DNA of 64,000 nt from Candidatus Zixiibacteriota bacterium (GCA_040235515.1 JBECKX010000199.1:2964-66963), one strand, 5' to 3'; positions 8,779 through 19,789 are shown, numbered from the stretch's first letter. Notes: generated from the sequence alone by a model not told the origin. A program made the numbers and translations.

Positions 8779-10104
8779 CTAGAAGATTCTCCGGAATTTG
8801 TAGAGAAGCTCCATTCGAATCCAGTTGTAACCGTCGGCGCCATCGAAGTAAAAGCTACCGGGGCTGAATCCTTCCCACAGCAGATGACCTGACCAGGATT
8901 CGTCGATCCCGAAACTCAGTTTTCCAATGAACAGGTCGCCGCGAGTCTTACCCTTTCCTCCCGGAAATACAGCACCATCTGCGACCTCCCGAGCCGCCAT
9001 CAGATGGTGATACTGAGCGTTCAGGGTAACATTGCCGGCAAGCGAGAACCGGGTGGCAAGATTCAGGGAGATCAGGTTGCTCCACCAGGCCACGCCATGC
9101 TCCTGGACAAGGGTGTAGATGTATGACTCAGACCATTTCGGCCAGCGCGCGAACATCGGATCCCAGTCTTCAAGTCTCTCCGTGTTGGGATTATCACCTG
9201 AAAGATAGATCACGCCTGCCGAAATCGTCTGTGGAACAAAGCGGCATCCCTCGCCCAAGGTCGGTGAGTAGTTGAAGCGGCCATCCCCACCAAAAGCGAC
9301 TCTGTCCAGTCCGTTCTGTCTCCCCAACTGTAGCGCAAGCTCTGCCTGGAAGTTTAGATTGTGACTGTTCGTTTTCACCAGCGCTCGGTTTACCGAACCG
9401 CCCAGAGCCGCAGTCGATGCAGACACTGGCATCGCCGTCGTGCTCTCGCGCTTCTTGAATACAATGTATGCCGCAGAAATCCAGCCAGAGGATGACTTCC
9501 ACAGAGATACTCCCGCACCTGTCTCCGGTTGTTCGATTAGCTGCCGATGCTGGTCGTGAACGATTGGCAGCCACCTGTCTTCCGCTTGGTTGTGGCTGAC
9601 GAAAGCGATCAACTGATAGTTCGAACCAACCCTCCAATCGAGGTGGACGGCGTTGAAGTATGCCGAGCGGGAGCCATCGAGCGGGCCACCATCCCAGACG
9701 ATAAAGCCTTCACCGAGCATGATATTCTGCCGTCCAATCGTAATCGTGAGGGGTTGCTGCCACGGTTTGGTCAGCTTGAGATACAATTGATCGAAGAAAA
9801 CTTCATCAAGATGAAAGTCTGAGTTTGCGGGCACGGTATAGTAGCGGAATTCGTTGGCTGCCTGCACGCACAGGGCTATCTCGGGGGTGGGACTCCAGGT
9901 CACCCCGAATTGAGTTCTGTGTCGGGTGAAGGTGCGAGCGGCGTTGGCAGCATCATCGAGCGTAATCGCATTGTCCCATGTCACCAATCTGAATCGCTCC
10001 GTGAAGTTCACAAGCATGTTGCCGGGATGACCCTGTGCGGATAGAGTCTGCCCCAGCAGCAGCACCAGGGATAGCAGCCCAACAGCAACGACTCTCGCCT
10101 TCAC
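8779..10104 (-). CDS. Outer-membrane beta-barrel (porin-like) protein. The start is re-called to the GTG at 10104.
   Basis: The long track ORF (to 10338) overlaps the upstream transporter gene. A GTG at 10102-10104 is preceded by a GGGAGAG ribosome-binding site and yields a clean signal peptide (VKARVVAVGLLSLVLLLGQTLSAQG). The protein has alternating beta-strand character and the C-terminal aromatic ending ...YKFRRIF. Confidence 0.5.
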   Translation of the reverse strand: MKARVVAVGLLSLVLLLGQTLSAQGHPGNMLVNFTERFRLVTWDNAITLDDAANAARTFTRHRTQFGVTWSPTPEIALCVQAANEFRYYTVPANSDFHLDEVFFDQLYLKLTKPWQQPLTITIGRQNIMLGEGFIVWDGGPLDGSRSAYFNAVHLDWRVGSNYQLIAFVSHNQAEDRWLPIVHDQHRQLIEQPETGAGVSLWKSSSGWISAAYIVFKKRESTTAMPVSASTAALGGSVNRALVKTNSHNLNFQAELALQLGRQNGLDRVAFGGDGRFNYSPTLGEGCRFVPQTISAGVIYLSGDNPNTERLEDWDPMFARWPKWSESYIYTLVQEHGVAWWSNLISLNLATRFSLAGNVTLNAQYHHLMAAREVADGAVFPGGKGKTRGDLFIGKLSFGIDESWSGHLLWEGFSPGSFYFDGADGYNWIRMELLYKFRRIF

Positions 10105-11546
10105 TTTGTGCTCTCCCGCACCTTTGCTCGCGTTGACAGGCTGATCAGTGGGGTCAGCAGCAGTGAGGCGATCATCCCAATCGTACCTGCCTGCGGCGAT
10201 GGAGTACCACTGAAGTAGAGCCCGAGGCACACACCCAGCGCAATCAGAGAGGAAGCAATAGCTCCGGTCCGGGTGGCGCGTTTGGAGAAGAGTCCCCAGA
10301 TGAACGGTCCCAAGAACGCCGCACCGATCGCACCCCACGAGATTCCCAAAATACTAACGATTGTTGCCGGTCGATAGTAGGCCATGACGACGGCGAGCGC
10401 GACGATCAGGGCGCTCGTTACCCGCATCAGGAGCGTCAGTCTCTCGTCGGAGATGCTTCTGTTTACGAAACCTGCATAGAAGTCTTTCGCAACGGCCGAA
10501 CTGGAGATTAACACCAGCGCAGCCAGGGTCGACATCGATGCGGAGAGAATCAACAGCAGAATCAGCACGGAAAGCGCATCGGGAATGATCCGGGTCAGCA
10601 ATTCAGGCATGAGAGCATCAAAGATCGGTGCACCATCCTTAAACGCCAGAGGAGCATTCTCCGGGCTCAGGAAGAAGCGGGTAGTTGCCCCGGAGTAGTA
10701 TCCGACGCCGGTGATAACCAGTGCAAACACGGTTGAGCCGACCATCCCGATATGTATGGCCCGCTTATCACGAATAGCATAGAATTTCTGTACGAGTTGC
10801 GGCATCGCCATCGGCGCGACACTCGTCAGAAACACCAGGCTGAACAGCGGCCACCAGCCGGGTGGACCGACAGGCGCCACCAACTTCGGATCGATCGCAG
10901 CCATACCGGCGGCGATGTTGGAGTGCCCGCTGCCCTCGGAGAGTATGCTCCAGAGCAGTACACCGACACCTAGCAGCATGATAATCCCAAAGATCATGTC
11001 GATGATGGTAATTGACTTGTAGCCCCCCAAAACGAGGTAGATGGCGGTGAAGCCCCCCATAAGAACCAACGCCAGAGTGTAGTCAATGCCGAAGGTCGAC
11101 CTGAACAGGTAAGAGAGCCCCATAAAGACCGCGGCTGAGTAAGGGATGAAGAAGATGAAGATACAAATGGAAGTGAACAGCTTAAGGAAAGGACTGTGAT
11201 ACCGCCTGTCGAAGAACTCGGCAATCGTATGAACACCATACTCAACCGACATCCGCTTGATTCGCGGTCCCAGCAGCCACCAGACTGCGAGTACACCGAT
11301 CAAAGTGTTTCCAACCGCAACCCAAATACCGGACAACCCGAACCCCCAGCCGACCTTCCCGGCGAAACCGATAAAGAGAACTGCGGAGAAGTAGGCTGTG
11401 CCGTAGGTGAATGCCGTCATCCAGGCACCCACATTACCGCCGCCCAGGAAGAAGTCTGAAAATGAGCGCGTCCTGCGGAGTCCGGCTATACCGACCAGGA
11501 TGATCATCAGCGCATAAGCTGCCAACACAATTATCTTCGCGGTCAT
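10101..11546 (-). CDS. Sodium:solute symporter family (SSF) transporter.
   Basis: A 481-aa protein with about 13 predicted transmembrane helices and SSF-type N-terminal motifs (GGxxVGxWMTAFTYGTAYFSAVLFIGFAG). Its stop overlaps the GTG start of the downstream outer-membrane beta-barrel gene (GTGA). Confidence 0.8.
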   Translation of the reverse strand: MTAKIIVLAAYALMIILVGIAGLRRTRSFSDFFLGGGNVGAWMTAFTYGTAYFSAVLFIGFAGKVGWGFGLSGIWVAVGNTLIGVLAVWWLLGPRIKRMSVEYGVHTIAEFFDRRYHSPFLKLFTSICIFIFFIPYSAAVFMGLSYLFRSTFGIDYTLALVLMGGFTAIYLVLGGYKSITIIDMIFGIIMLLGVGVLLWSILSEGSGHSNIAAGMAAIDPKLVAPVGPPGWWPLFSLVFLTSVAPMAMPQLVQKFYAIRDKRAIHIGMVGSTVFALVITGVGYYSGATTRFFLSPENAPLAFKDGAPIFDALMPELLTRIIPDALSVLILLLILSASMSTLAALVLISSSAVAKDFYAGFVNRSISDERLTLLMRVTSALIVALAVVMAYYRPATIVSILGISWGAIGAAFLGPFIWGLFSKRATRTGAIASSLIALGVCLGLYFSGTPSPQAGTIGMIASLLLTPLISLSTRAKVRESTK

Positions 11547-11748
11547 ACCAACCTTTCGCTCGCAGGTTAAGCGCGGAATTCAGTAGGCGGCAATGTAGCA
11601 AACTGGATATTTTTGTGCAAGTTCTGTGTTGTTGACAAGCACTGTTATGCCGCCCTACGATCGAGACATAATTGCTTGATCTGTCCAGATCCATCCCACC
11701 GACAGTTGTTTAAACTGCGTGGAGTGGTTATCGCCCGCGCCGTTGGGG

Positions 11749-13407
11749 CTATGAGCCTGCGTTCATCGAGTTGAACAACTCAATGTGCCATTTCTCGCGC
11801 CAGTTGAGGAGATCGCTCGGTTTGCCGAAACGTGGCAGCGCTAGTTCTTTCCGCGGAGCTATGAATAGCTCACCCGGTCGGACCAACTGGAAGAGCAGCC
11901 CACTCACTTTGATGTCCCCGTCGAGTTGAAAACTGAGCCTTACGGATTGGTCAAAGTAGAAGCGGCGTCCATTGTAGGTCGTGAACTTCTTCAGCAAGGC
12001 CTGATAGGTTCGCTCTATCGCCAGCCCATCATAAGGCAGGTCAGCTTCAAAGCGTTGCAGATGTGGCAGGAACGCCTCATACTCAGGCCGGATATAGTTG
12101 AACAGCGCGGAGTCTGCCTGCTGCAGCCAACCAAAATACCAGCTACGGCGCAGCAGTTCATTGTCAACTATGAGTACCTGCGGATTTTCTTTCAGATAGT
12201 AATGCGAGTAGAGCCATGGGCTGACATAGTCCCAGTTGGCGCAAAAGATCAAAGCGGGGGGTGATACGGAACTGTAGTAGTTTTCAACTCCATCGCTTGC
12301 CGAAGTATTCTGCGAATTGTCTGTGGCCTGCCAGTTAGCAACCACGCCCCAGATCACCAGTGCAGCAGCGGCAATGACCATCGGTGACTTTCTTCGCAGG
12401 CTCTCCGCAAGATCAACCACCCCGATTGCACCAACACAGAAGAGTGTCAGCACCGATGGCAACAGGTAATTGTCAATGTCGGGTATCGAGAAATTGAGGG
12501 AGTAGATCAAGTTGGCGAATAAGAGGATCAACAAGTAAAGCTGAAGTCGTGGGTGCCTTTTCCAGCCGGTGTAGAGCCCCCATGCAATTGCCGGCCAGAA
12601 GGGAAGCGGAAACTGTTCGTACAGGATCACGCAGAACTTCCAGAGCGCTTTCAACAGCTCGGCGACACTCTGGTTGAACATCCACACCTGATACTGCCAG
12701 CCGGTGACATGCCTGACAAAGTTTTCCCAATTGACAGGGTCTCCCCAATCGAAGAGAGGATCGAGTGCAGACCTGATCGGTAGATAAAGGTAGGTTGAAA
12801 TGCCAAACAGGAATAGCAGCATGGCGCCGAGGAACTGCCGGCTGTCGCGGAAAATCTCGCGCCGGTTCTGAACCAGGAACACCACTAGCGCTGGAGCGAT
12901 GAGAATGGTGGACATATGATTTCCAAAGGAGAGACCGAAGATATAGGCGCCGATCAGAAATGCTCGGCGAGAATATGGCCGCGCCATGAGAAACACGATC
13001 AGGACCAGGAACAACAGGTGCAGCGAGTAGACTTCGTTGGTCGTCCCCTGCGACCAGTTGAGTGGCGCAACTCCAAACAAGAGTGCAAGCGCACCTGCGA
13101 GGAAGGGCGAACTGTTCGAAGTGTAATCAAGTCTTCGCAGCAGGAAATATATGATGGCGCACGCTGACGCTACGCACAAGGCTCCGAACAGGATCTGGGT
13201 CTGCACCAGCTCAAAGGGCAAAAACGAGAAAAGATGACCAATCAAGGTATAGAGGGGATAGCCGGTCGGATGGGCGATGCCCAGTGTCCAGTTGACGACC
13301 GCCAATTCTCCTGAGTCGATATAGGCAACTGTGGGATAGGAGGTAATCCAGTACAAGAACAGGGTGGAGATTAAAATCCCCACCCCGTAGAGTTTGCTTT
13401 CTCGCAT
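11749..13407 (-). CDS. DUF2723/TMEM260-like polytopic membrane protein (GT-C-like glycosyltransferase fold suspected).
   Basis: A 552-aa protein with many N-terminal transmembrane helices and the conserved segment YPTVAYIDSGEL...GIAHPTGYPLY. It has a large C-terminal soluble domain. Confidence 0.45.
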   Translation of the reverse strand: MRESKLYGVGILISTLFLYWITSYPTVAYIDSGELAVVNWTLGIAHPTGYPLYTLIGHLFSFLPFELVQTQILFGALCVASACAIIYFLLRRLDYTSNSSPFLAGALALLFGVAPLNWSQGTTNEVYSLHLLFLVLIVFLMARPYSRRAFLIGAYIFGLSFGNHMSTILIAPALVVFLVQNRREIFRDSRQFLGAMLLFLFGISTYLYLPIRSALDPLFDWGDPVNWENFVRHVTGWQYQVWMFNQSVAELLKALWKFCVILYEQFPLPFWPAIAWGLYTGWKRHPRLQLYLLILLFANLIYSLNFSIPDIDNYLLPSVLTLFCVGAIGVVDLAESLRRKSPMVIAAAALVIWGVVANWQATDNSQNTSASDGVENYYSSVSPPALIFCANWDYVSPWLYSHYYLKENPQVLIVDNELLRRSWYFGWLQQADSALFNYIRPEYEAFLPHLQRFEADLPYDGLAIERTYQALLKKFTTYNGRRFYFDQSVRLSFQLDGDIKVSGLLFQLVRPGELFIAPRKELALPRFGKPSDLLNWREKWHIELFNSMNAGS

Positions 13408-13457
13408 TGGTCCAGAGTAGTGGCCGGTTCTAAACCTGCCGGCGTCGGTGAGCGGGT

Positions 13458-13892
13458 CTAGAATGGCAGATCATCATCTTCGTCGCTCATCGGCGGCTCA
13501 TCGTAGGGAGGAGCGCTGCCCGGATCATCCGAGCTTCCTCCGCCCCCGCCACCTTCTCCGCGACGTCCAAGAAACTGCATCCGATCGCCCACAATCTCCG
13601 TGATCCAGCGCTTGTTACCATCCTTGTCATCATAGCTGCGCGTCTGAATCTTGCCCTCGATGTACACCGGTGAACCCTTCGACAGGTACTCCTTTGCGAT
13701 CTCCGCCTGGCGGCGCCAGAGGACGATATTGTGCCAGTTAGTCGTCTCTTTCATCTCATTGGAGTTCTTATCACGCCACTTTTCGGAGGTCGCGATCGAA
13801 AAGGTGCAAACCGCCACTCCCGAGGGTGTGTAGCGCAGTTCCGGATCTTTACCAAGGTTGCCAATAAGAATGGCTTTATTCACTGATGCCAT
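13458..13892 (-). CDS. ssb: Single-stranded DNA-binding protein.
   Basis: An internal ATG at 13892 is preceded by an AAGGAG/GGGAG ribosome-binding site. The OB-fold N-terminus reads [32 protein letters not shown] Gly-rich linker and the acidic tail DEDDDLPF follow. The upstream extension in the track ORF is spurious. Confidence 0.9.
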   Translation of the reverse strand: MASVNKAILIGNLGKDPELRYTPSGVAVCTFSIATSEKWRDKNSNEMKETTNWHNIVLWRRQAEIAKEYLSKGSPVYIEGKIQTRSYDDKDGNKRWITEIVGDRMQFLGRRGEGGGGGGSSDDPGSAPPYDEPPMSDEDDDLPF

Positions 13893-14028
13893 AGTCTCCC
13901 TTAACTCCTTGCTTAGAATTATTGTGACGGAATATAGCCGCTGATCACCGCCGATGTCAAGAGCAACGGTCAGGAAGTGACATCCGCTGTCAGGCAATCG
14001 CAGATGCCATTTTAACTTTTGTCCTGCT

Positions 14029-16383
14029 ATGAAAAATGCCGATCTTGCTTGCATGAAATGGAAGTCGATCGCAGTCTGGGCCGCAGCTATCGTTGCTGTC
14101 TTGATCCTTGTCGCCTTTGCGGCGCTGAAGATCTTTGTCTCGCCGGAAGCCGTGGCGATGCTGGTAATCCCCCGCATCGAAGAGATATTCGAGCGTGATG
14201 CCACTTTCAAGAGCGTGGACCTCTCCTTCTTCCCACACCTCGGCGTGCGCTTGCAGGGAATTGAAATCAAGAACAGCCCGGAGTTTCCGGAACATCCGCT
14301 CGCGCGGATAGATCACATCGATGCGAATATCGGATTCTTCTCCCTTCTCGGTGGTGACCCCGAGATCGATCAACTTGTCGTGGTTGGCTGGGAGATGCTC
14401 CTGGAAACAGATTCCCTTGGTCGCCGCAATTTCGTCCACTTCGTTCCCGACACCATTTCCCAAAGTGATTCGACCGTTGCTCGTGAAATGGTCAGCGAGC
14501 CGCTCTGCCGGGAGTTTCGACTCAGCGGGGGCCGACTCCTCTACCGCAATGACTCGACCAACGTCCGCCTGATACTGGCTGGTGTGGAACTCTCCTATTC
14601 GCTCCGTGGTGAAGGCTCGGAGTTTTTTGAGGGCAGGCTGACGGTCGATTCTCTGATGTCGCGCAACCGGTGGGCTGATCTGAGATTAACTCAGGGTGCG
14701 GTCGAAGCTGGTTTCGAAGGGACCTACCTGGTCGATAGTGATTCGCTGGCAATTCGAAAATGCGATTGGCGGATAGATGCCTTCAAGGGTCGGCTCGATG
14801 GCCGCCTGACCGGGCTGCGAGCCTTGCCCGACTATACGCTTCACATCATATCAGAACGTACTATCCTGGCCGAAGCTACTGAATCGGAGGTGCTTGGCCT
14901 GATTCCCGGTTTCAAAGATCTTGCGCCGAGCGGAGATCTGCGGATGGAATTGTCGATCGCGGATGCGACTGCCGACACGCTATCGCCCAATGTCCGGGGT
15001 GAGATCAACCTGACTGACCTGACCTTCGCGGTTCCCGGCGTGGCGGCTACCACGCAGGTGAGGTTCGCGGAAGCAAATTTCAATCATCGCTCGCTCTCGC
15101 TCTATACCGAGGGGGCGACTATCGGTCAAAGCCCGGCGCTGCTGCGCTTCACGATCGATGATTTTGCCGATCCGACATACTCGGGCGAAATCAATCTTGT
15201 GGGGGATGCGAATGTCATCCTGGGACTGCTCGGTGTGGAGAGCAGCGTGCAGGTTGGCGGGTATGTGGAAGCGGCCCTCTCCGGATTCATTCGACCGGCT
15301 GACCTCGAAGCCGGGCGGCTCTTCGGTTCGTTGGTGCTGGATGGACTTTCCTATCACGACTCGCTGAATGCCGTGGGAATCGACAATCTGACTCTCGACA
15401 GCCGCTTCGTCGGCAACGCAGTGCAGCTATCAAGCTTCAACCTGGCTCTTGGTGAAAACTCTCTTTCGCTGACCGGGGATATTACCGAGTTCCCGCTCGC
15501 ATTTTCACAGGCAACAGGCTCTTTGAGGCGCCCGCAACTCGAATTCAACCTTACTTCGAACAAGTTTGATTTTGATACCCTCGCTACCCTTGACGCAATG
15601 ACCATCTTCGGCGAATCAGATACTTCCAATGTCTGGAGGCTGGTCGATCAAATCCTCCAGTTCAACGCCCGCGGAACGGTGGAAATCGACAGCGGAAGAT
15701 TCATGGGAGCCGATTTCACTAATCTTCAGGGCGACCTTTCCGTGGTGGATAGAATTGTATACTCCGATTCGGCACGGGTGGATGCTTTTGGTGGGAAGCT
15801 AGATGGGGAAGTCGTAATGGAGTTTTCCTCCCTGTACGGACCCGATCTGGAAATCGATTTTCGGGCCCGGAGTATCGAGGCTGCTCAATTCCTTGATTAC
15901 TACACCGGGCTCGGTGAGTCGATCTCCGGTCGCAGCGATTTGACCTGTTCGCTCACGGGGCATGGGCTTGGCGGCGCGGGACTGCGGAATTCACTCGCAA
16001 TGCGCGGTAGTTTTTCACTGGTCAACGGTTTCGTGGGCGCACTTCCGATCGCCGAGAATTTTCGCAGTGAATTAGGGATTGATGCATTCTCGCGCGGGCA
16101 GGTCTCGGCAATTGCCGGGGAGTTTATCCTCGCCAACCAGACGATGCGGCTGAACCGGCTGGCATTCGATTCAGGTCCGATCGAGTACTCCGTCAACGGC
16201 AAGATCGATCTTGGTGGCGAAGTGGCTCTCGATGTCAGACGTTCCCTGACGCAAAACGATATCGTTACCCTCTCGCGACTCCCCGATGCGCGCAGTCTCA
16301 TGCCACGCAATCCGAGGGAAGCGATCTTTCGTATTACAGGCATGGAAGGCGAATACAGAATCGCAATTGACTCCTTTAGGTGA
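14029..16383 (+). CDS. AsmA-family outer-membrane biogenesis protein.
   Basis: A 784-aa protein with a single N-terminal transmembrane anchor followed by a long beta-rich periplasmic region. AsmA-like N-terminal (…[20 protein letters not shown]…) and C-terminal regions are present. Confidence 0.65.
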   Translation: MKNADLACMKWKSIAVWAAAIVAVLILVAFAALKIFVSPEAVAMLVIPRIEEIFERDATFKSVDLSFFPHLGVRLQGIEIKNSPEFPEHPLARIDHIDANIGFFSLLGGDPEIDQLVVVGWEMLLETDSLGRRNFVHFVPDTISQSDSTVAREMVSEPLCREFRLSGGRLLYRNDSTNVRLILAGVELSYSLRGEGSEFFEGRLTVDSLMSRNRWADLRLTQGAVEAGFEGTYLVDSDSLAIRKCDWRIDAFKGRLDGRLTGLRALPDYTLHIISERTILAEATESEVLGLIPGFKDLAPSGDLRMELSIADATADTLSPNVRGEINLTDLTFAVPGVAATTQVRFAEANFNHRSLSLYTEGATIGQSPALLRFTIDDFADPTYSGEINLVGDANVILGLLGVESSVQVGGYVEAALSGFIRPADLEAGRLFGSLVLDGLSYHDSLNAVGIDNLTLDSRFVGNAVQLSSFNLALGENSLSLTGDITEFPLAFSQATGSLRRPQLEFNLTSNKFDFDTLATLDAMTIFGESDTSNVWRLVDQILQFNARGTVEIDSGRFMGADFTNLQGDLSVVDRIVYSDSARVDAFGGKLDGEVVMEFSSLYGPDLEIDFRARSIEAAQFLDYYTGLGESISGRSDLTCSLTGHGLGGAGLRNSLAMRGSFSLVNGFVGALPIAENFRSELGIDAFSRGQVSAIAGEFILANQTMRLNRLAFDSGPIEYSVNGKIDLGGEVALDVRRSLTQNDIVTLSRLPDARSLMPRNPREAIFRITGMEGEYRIAIDSFR

Positions 16384-16445
16384 CGACAGGAAGACGTGGT
16401 CAACTCCAATCCCTAACAGTTGAACAATAAAATCCGATAACTTAT

Positions 16446-17009
16446 GTGATCGCTATGCCGTACGAAGATTTCAAAGCTATCTATCGCAATGACCCCGCCG
16501 CACGCGGACTCGAGCCATTGCTCTATGCCGGGCTCCACGCCATCTGGTGGCATCGGATTGCCCATCGGCTTTACAAGTGGCGACTACGCTTTATCGCCCG
16601 TCTGCTCTCGCAAATCAACCGCTTCTTCACAGGAATCGAGATCCACCCGGGCGCCACGATCGGAAAGGGACTCTTCATCGATCACGGCATGGGAATCGTC
16701 ATCGGCGAGACTGCCGAAATCGGCCGTGATTGCGTGCTGTTTCACAACGTCACGCTGGGCGGTACCGGCAAGCACACCGGCAAACGCCATCCAACGCTTG
16801 GCGATGATGTCATGATCGGCACCGGTGCCATCATACTTGGTCCGATCACGATTGGAAGTCACGTACGCATCGGCGCCAACTCTTTCGTCTACATGTGCGA
16901 TATCCCCGACAACGCAACGGTGGTGGGCATTCCGGCGCGCATCGTTCGACTCAACGGCAAACATGTTGACATGGAGCTGCCGCCGACGAAATTCAAGGTA
17001 GACGCCTGA
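16446..17009 (+). CDS. cysE: Serine O-acetyltransferase (short form, GTG start).
   Basis: The N-terminus [33 protein letters not shown] matches CysE. Left-handed beta-helix hexapeptide repeats follow ([31 protein letters not shown]...). Confidence 0.85.
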   Translation: MIAMPYEDFKAIYRNDPAARGLEPLLYAGLHAIWWHRIAHRLYKWRLRFIARLLSQINRFFTGIEIHPGATIGKGLFIDHGMGIVIGETAEIGRDCVLFHNVTLGGTGKHTGKRHPTLGDDVMIGTGAIILGPITIGSHVRIGANSFVYMCDIPDNATVVGIPARIVRLNGKHVDMELPPTKFKVDA

Positions 17010-17095
17010 CCGATCCCTTGCTGATAACTCGACTGCGGCAACTTTCTCCCGCTTAGCTGGCATCCCCTTTCAAGATTGTTTATACTGACAAAGTT

Positions 17096-18037
17096 ATGCG
17101 ACTTTGGCGAACCATATTCACTTCTCTACTGATTCTTGCGGGTCTGGCAGCAACCGCCCAGGCTACGACTTTTCGATTCATCAATGCTCAGGCGAACAAT
17201 CAGCAGGAGATGCGGCTGGTACTCGACGTCGCCACGCTGAAGCTCGAACAGTTCCTCGAAGTAACGCTCCCAGATACAATCGTCGTTGCTGTCGTTCATA
17301 CACAGGAACAATTCGACTCGCTGGCCGGCGGAATGCTCCCGGAGTGGGGTGCAGGCGCGGCGATCCCGCAACGGAATCTCATTATCCTGCGGGAACCGAT
17401 GATGGATCAATACCCGGGCAATCTCGCCAATCTGCTGCAGCACGAGTTAGCACACATCGCTCTGTATTACAAGACCGATGGCAGGCCATTTCCCCGCTTT
17501 CTCAACGAAGGTTTCGCCGTCTGGTTCGCCGGCGAATGGAGTTTCTCCAATGTCACGACTGTGGCCAAGGCGCAAATCATGGGTTCGCTGCTGCCGCTGC
17601 GCGATATTGACGACGTCAACTCCTACCACCAGGCGCAGGCCAACATCGCCTACTCTCAGAGCTATCTGGTCGTCTACTACATTTTCGATCGCTACGGCGA
17701 ACTGGCGTTTCTGGATTTGCTCAACGAGTTCGCACATGGCTCAAACATGAGCGAGGCGTTTCATGCGGCGCTTGGAATCTCATTCTGGCGTTTTGAGACC
17801 GAGTATCGCGCTTTTCTCGAAAAGAATTACACCCTCGCGAGTATATTATCTGATATGAGTGCACTCTGGATTATCCTCGCCATAATCGTAATAGTTGGTT
17901 ACGTTCTGGTCCGCAGGCGCCGCAAGACTGCAATCGATCGCTGGCGCGAGCAGGAGCAATACGAAAGCACAGACCTCGACTGGAGCGGATCTGACGATGA
18001 GCCGTGGAAAGACCAAGACGATTCGATACGCCTTTGA
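17096..18037 (+). CDS. Putative zinc metallopeptidase (peptidase MA-like; HExxH...EGxAxW), secreted and membrane-anchored.
   Basis: A signal peptide is present. LQHELAHIAL supplies the HExxH motif and NEGFAVWFAG the downstream Glu ligand, as in Peptidase_MA_2 proteins. A C-terminal transmembrane helix (LWIILAIIVIVGYVLV) and an acidic tail follow. Confidence 0.5.
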   Translation: MRLWRTIFTSLLILAGLAATAQATTFRFINAQANNQQEMRLVLDVATLKLEQFLEVTLPDTIVVAVVHTQEQFDSLAGGMLPEWGAGAAIPQRNLIILREPMMDQYPGNLANLLQHELAHIALYYKTDGRPFPRFLNEGFAVWFAGEWSFSNVTTVAKAQIMGSLLPLRDIDDVNSYHQAQANIAYSQSYLVVYYIFDRYGELAFLDLLNEFAHGSNMSEAFHAALGISFWRFETEYRAFLEKNYTLASILSDMSALWIILAIIVIVGYVLVRRRRKTAIDRWREQEQYESTDLDWSGSDDEPWKDQDDSIRL

Positions 18038-18899
18038 GTATCTCGTCGCCTATGGCTTCTGCCGCCTCGCCGAAATAATCCCACAAAGACTCAAGCCGCC
18101 GCTGGCCACGGGGCTTGCCGCAATAATCCGGATCATAACCCGCAGCCGCGTCAGGATCGCGCTGAAGAACCTCCGTCGGGTCTTCGGAGAATCCACCGAC
18201 GAGGAGTTATTGCCGGTCGTGAAAGGTGTATACCGCACGATGGTCGCCAACGCGCTGGACTTGGTTGATCCGATCGGCTCAGTGACGCGCGTGCACGTGG
18301 GGCCGCACGCTCAGGAGATGATTGACAGGTTCTGGCGGATCTGGAAGCTGGAGCGGCGACCACTGATCTTCGCCACGGGTCATATCGGCAACTGGGAAAC
18401 GAATGGGCAGTTCATCGGGTCTTACTTTCCCTCATTCAAATTTCTGGCATTGCCGCAGTCAAACCCATTTGTAGACCGGCTGGTGAACCGCTACCGCCTG
18501 ATGAGAGGCGGCGAGCTAGTGCACAGCAGCGATGCGCCACGCAAGTTGCCACGGCTGATGAAGGATAAGCAGTGGGTGTATTTCGTTGCCGACCAGGACG
18601 CCGGCAGGGAGGGTGAAATCGTCGATTTTATGGGGACACCGGCTTCCTACAACCGCGGAATTGGATTGTTCTCCTACAAATACAATGCGCCGATTGTCGT
18701 CTGCGCCACCATCTGGAAAAATGGTGACTACGAGTTTCATGTCGCAGACATCATTCAACCGAATCAAAAGAATCAGCGCGACGCCGAGATCAGGCGTCTC
18801 ATCGAGCTTTACTCTTTCCATTTGGGTCGGCTGATCCAGCGCTTCCCGGATCAATGGTTGTGGACTCATCGCCGCTGGAAATCGACGGTCGCTGAGTGA
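17997..18899 (+). CDS. Lipid A biosynthesis (Kdo2-lipid IVA) lauroyl/myristoyl acyltransferase, LpxL/HtrB family.
   Basis: An internal ATG at 17997 overlaps the end of the upstream gene. The HX4D acyltransferase motif FATGHIGNWE and the overall LPLAT layout are present. Confidence 0.7.
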   Translation: MSRGKTKTIRYAFEYLVAYGFCRLAEIIPQRLKPPLATGLAAIIRIITRSRVRIALKNLRRVFGESTDEELLPVVKGVYRTMVANALDLVDPIGSVTRVHVGPHAQEMIDRFWRIWKLERRPLIFATGHIGNWETNGQFIGSYFPSFKFLALPQSNPFVDRLVNRYRLMRGGELVHSSDAPRKLPRLMKDKQWVYFVADQDAGREGEIVDFMGTPASYNRGIGLFSYKYNAPIVVCATIWKNGDYEFHVADIIQPNQKNQRDAEIRRLIELYSFHLGRLIQRFPDQWLWTHRRWKSTVAE

Positions 18900-19084
18900 T
18901 ACACCGCCGGCGGCCCCGGTGTTGTATCACGACTCAGAAATCCACTTGACGCGCCTCGAGTTGAAATCATATTTTTCCGGCAACAATCCACGGCAATTCG
19001 TTATATATACACGACTTGTAACTGGAAAATCCGTGTTGGTAACAGTTCGTTCAAGTTAACAATTCTTGTGAGTAAAACTTAGCA

Positions 19085-19789
19085 TTGCGGGGTATCGTGA
19101 CTAAGCGCTCCTCAATAATCGTCGTCTCAATCACTTTAATAGTCGCAGTCGGATTGATTCTCAGCGGCTGCGGGTCGAGTGGCAGTTCCAAAACCACGGT
19201 CAAGTCGCAGTTGCCGCCTGATACTGCTTCAATGGCGGACACGCTTCCGAAGGTTGATCTCTACGAAGCAGAAAACAAACCTCAACCGGTGTATGGCTGG
19301 GTGATTCGTGACCTCATCAACGTCAGGGGTCAACCCTCAACCAGCTCTGAAATCGTCGCGCAGTTGAAGCGCGGTGACAGAGTTGAACTGGTGAGCCAGG
19401 AAGGTAACTGGTGGGGAGTAAGACTTACCGATGGCGCACCGGCGTATGTTTATGCACCACTCCTCTCGGAGGAACGCTACGTTGAGCCGCTCGAACGCTT
19501 CAAGCTGGAAGCTCGGCGCACCAATCCTGATCTGGCCGGGATCGATGATGCTCTTACGCTTCCCGAAGCACCGATGACCCTTACCGGATCAGTGACACAA
19601 CTGTGGATTAGTTCCACCCCGGAGCGGCAACGTCAAATCGCTGAGGGTGCTCTGCGGTTCTGGGCGCAGTGTCTGGCCAAGTGCGGTTATGAGACGCAGA
19701 CCGCCAAACTGCTGCTCAACACCATCGATGGCCAGGCGGTGGCACGCGCAGTATTCTCAAGAGGCCAGGTGGATGTGACGCTGTATTAG
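19085..19789 (+). CDS. Lipoprotein with a bacterial SH3 (SH3b) domain.
   Basis: A signal peptide with the lipobox LILSGC is present. The SH3b-like segment reads GWVIRDLINVRGQPSTSSEIVAQLKRGDRVELVSQEGNWWGVRLTDGAPAYVYAPLL. Confidence 0.6.
   Translation: MRGIVTKRSSIIVVSITLIVAVGLILSGCGSSGSSKTTVKSQLPPDTASMADTLPKVDLYEAENKPQPVYGWVIRDLINVRGQPSTSSEIVAQLKRGDRVELVSQEGNWWGVRLTDGAPAYVYAPLLSEERYVEPLERFKLEARRTNPDLAGIDDALTLPEAPMTLTGSVTQLWISSTPERQRQIAEGALRFWAQCLAKCGYETQTAKLLLNTIDGQAVARAVFSRGQVDVTLY

Noticed and set aside
8779-10338. Long 519-aa track ORF for the outer-membrane beta-barrel overlapping 238 nt of the SSF transporter gene.
   Set aside because: The N-terminal 78 codons have no ribosome-binding site and overlap a well-supported gene. 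A GTG with an RBS at 10104 yields a clean signal peptide, so the extension is an artefact of ORF calling.
13893-14028. TGACA-tccgc-TGTCA inverted repeat between ssb and the AsmA gene as a possible LexA/SOS box.
   Set aside because: It does not match CTGT-N8-ACAG or other known LexA consensus sequences. I left it unassigned.
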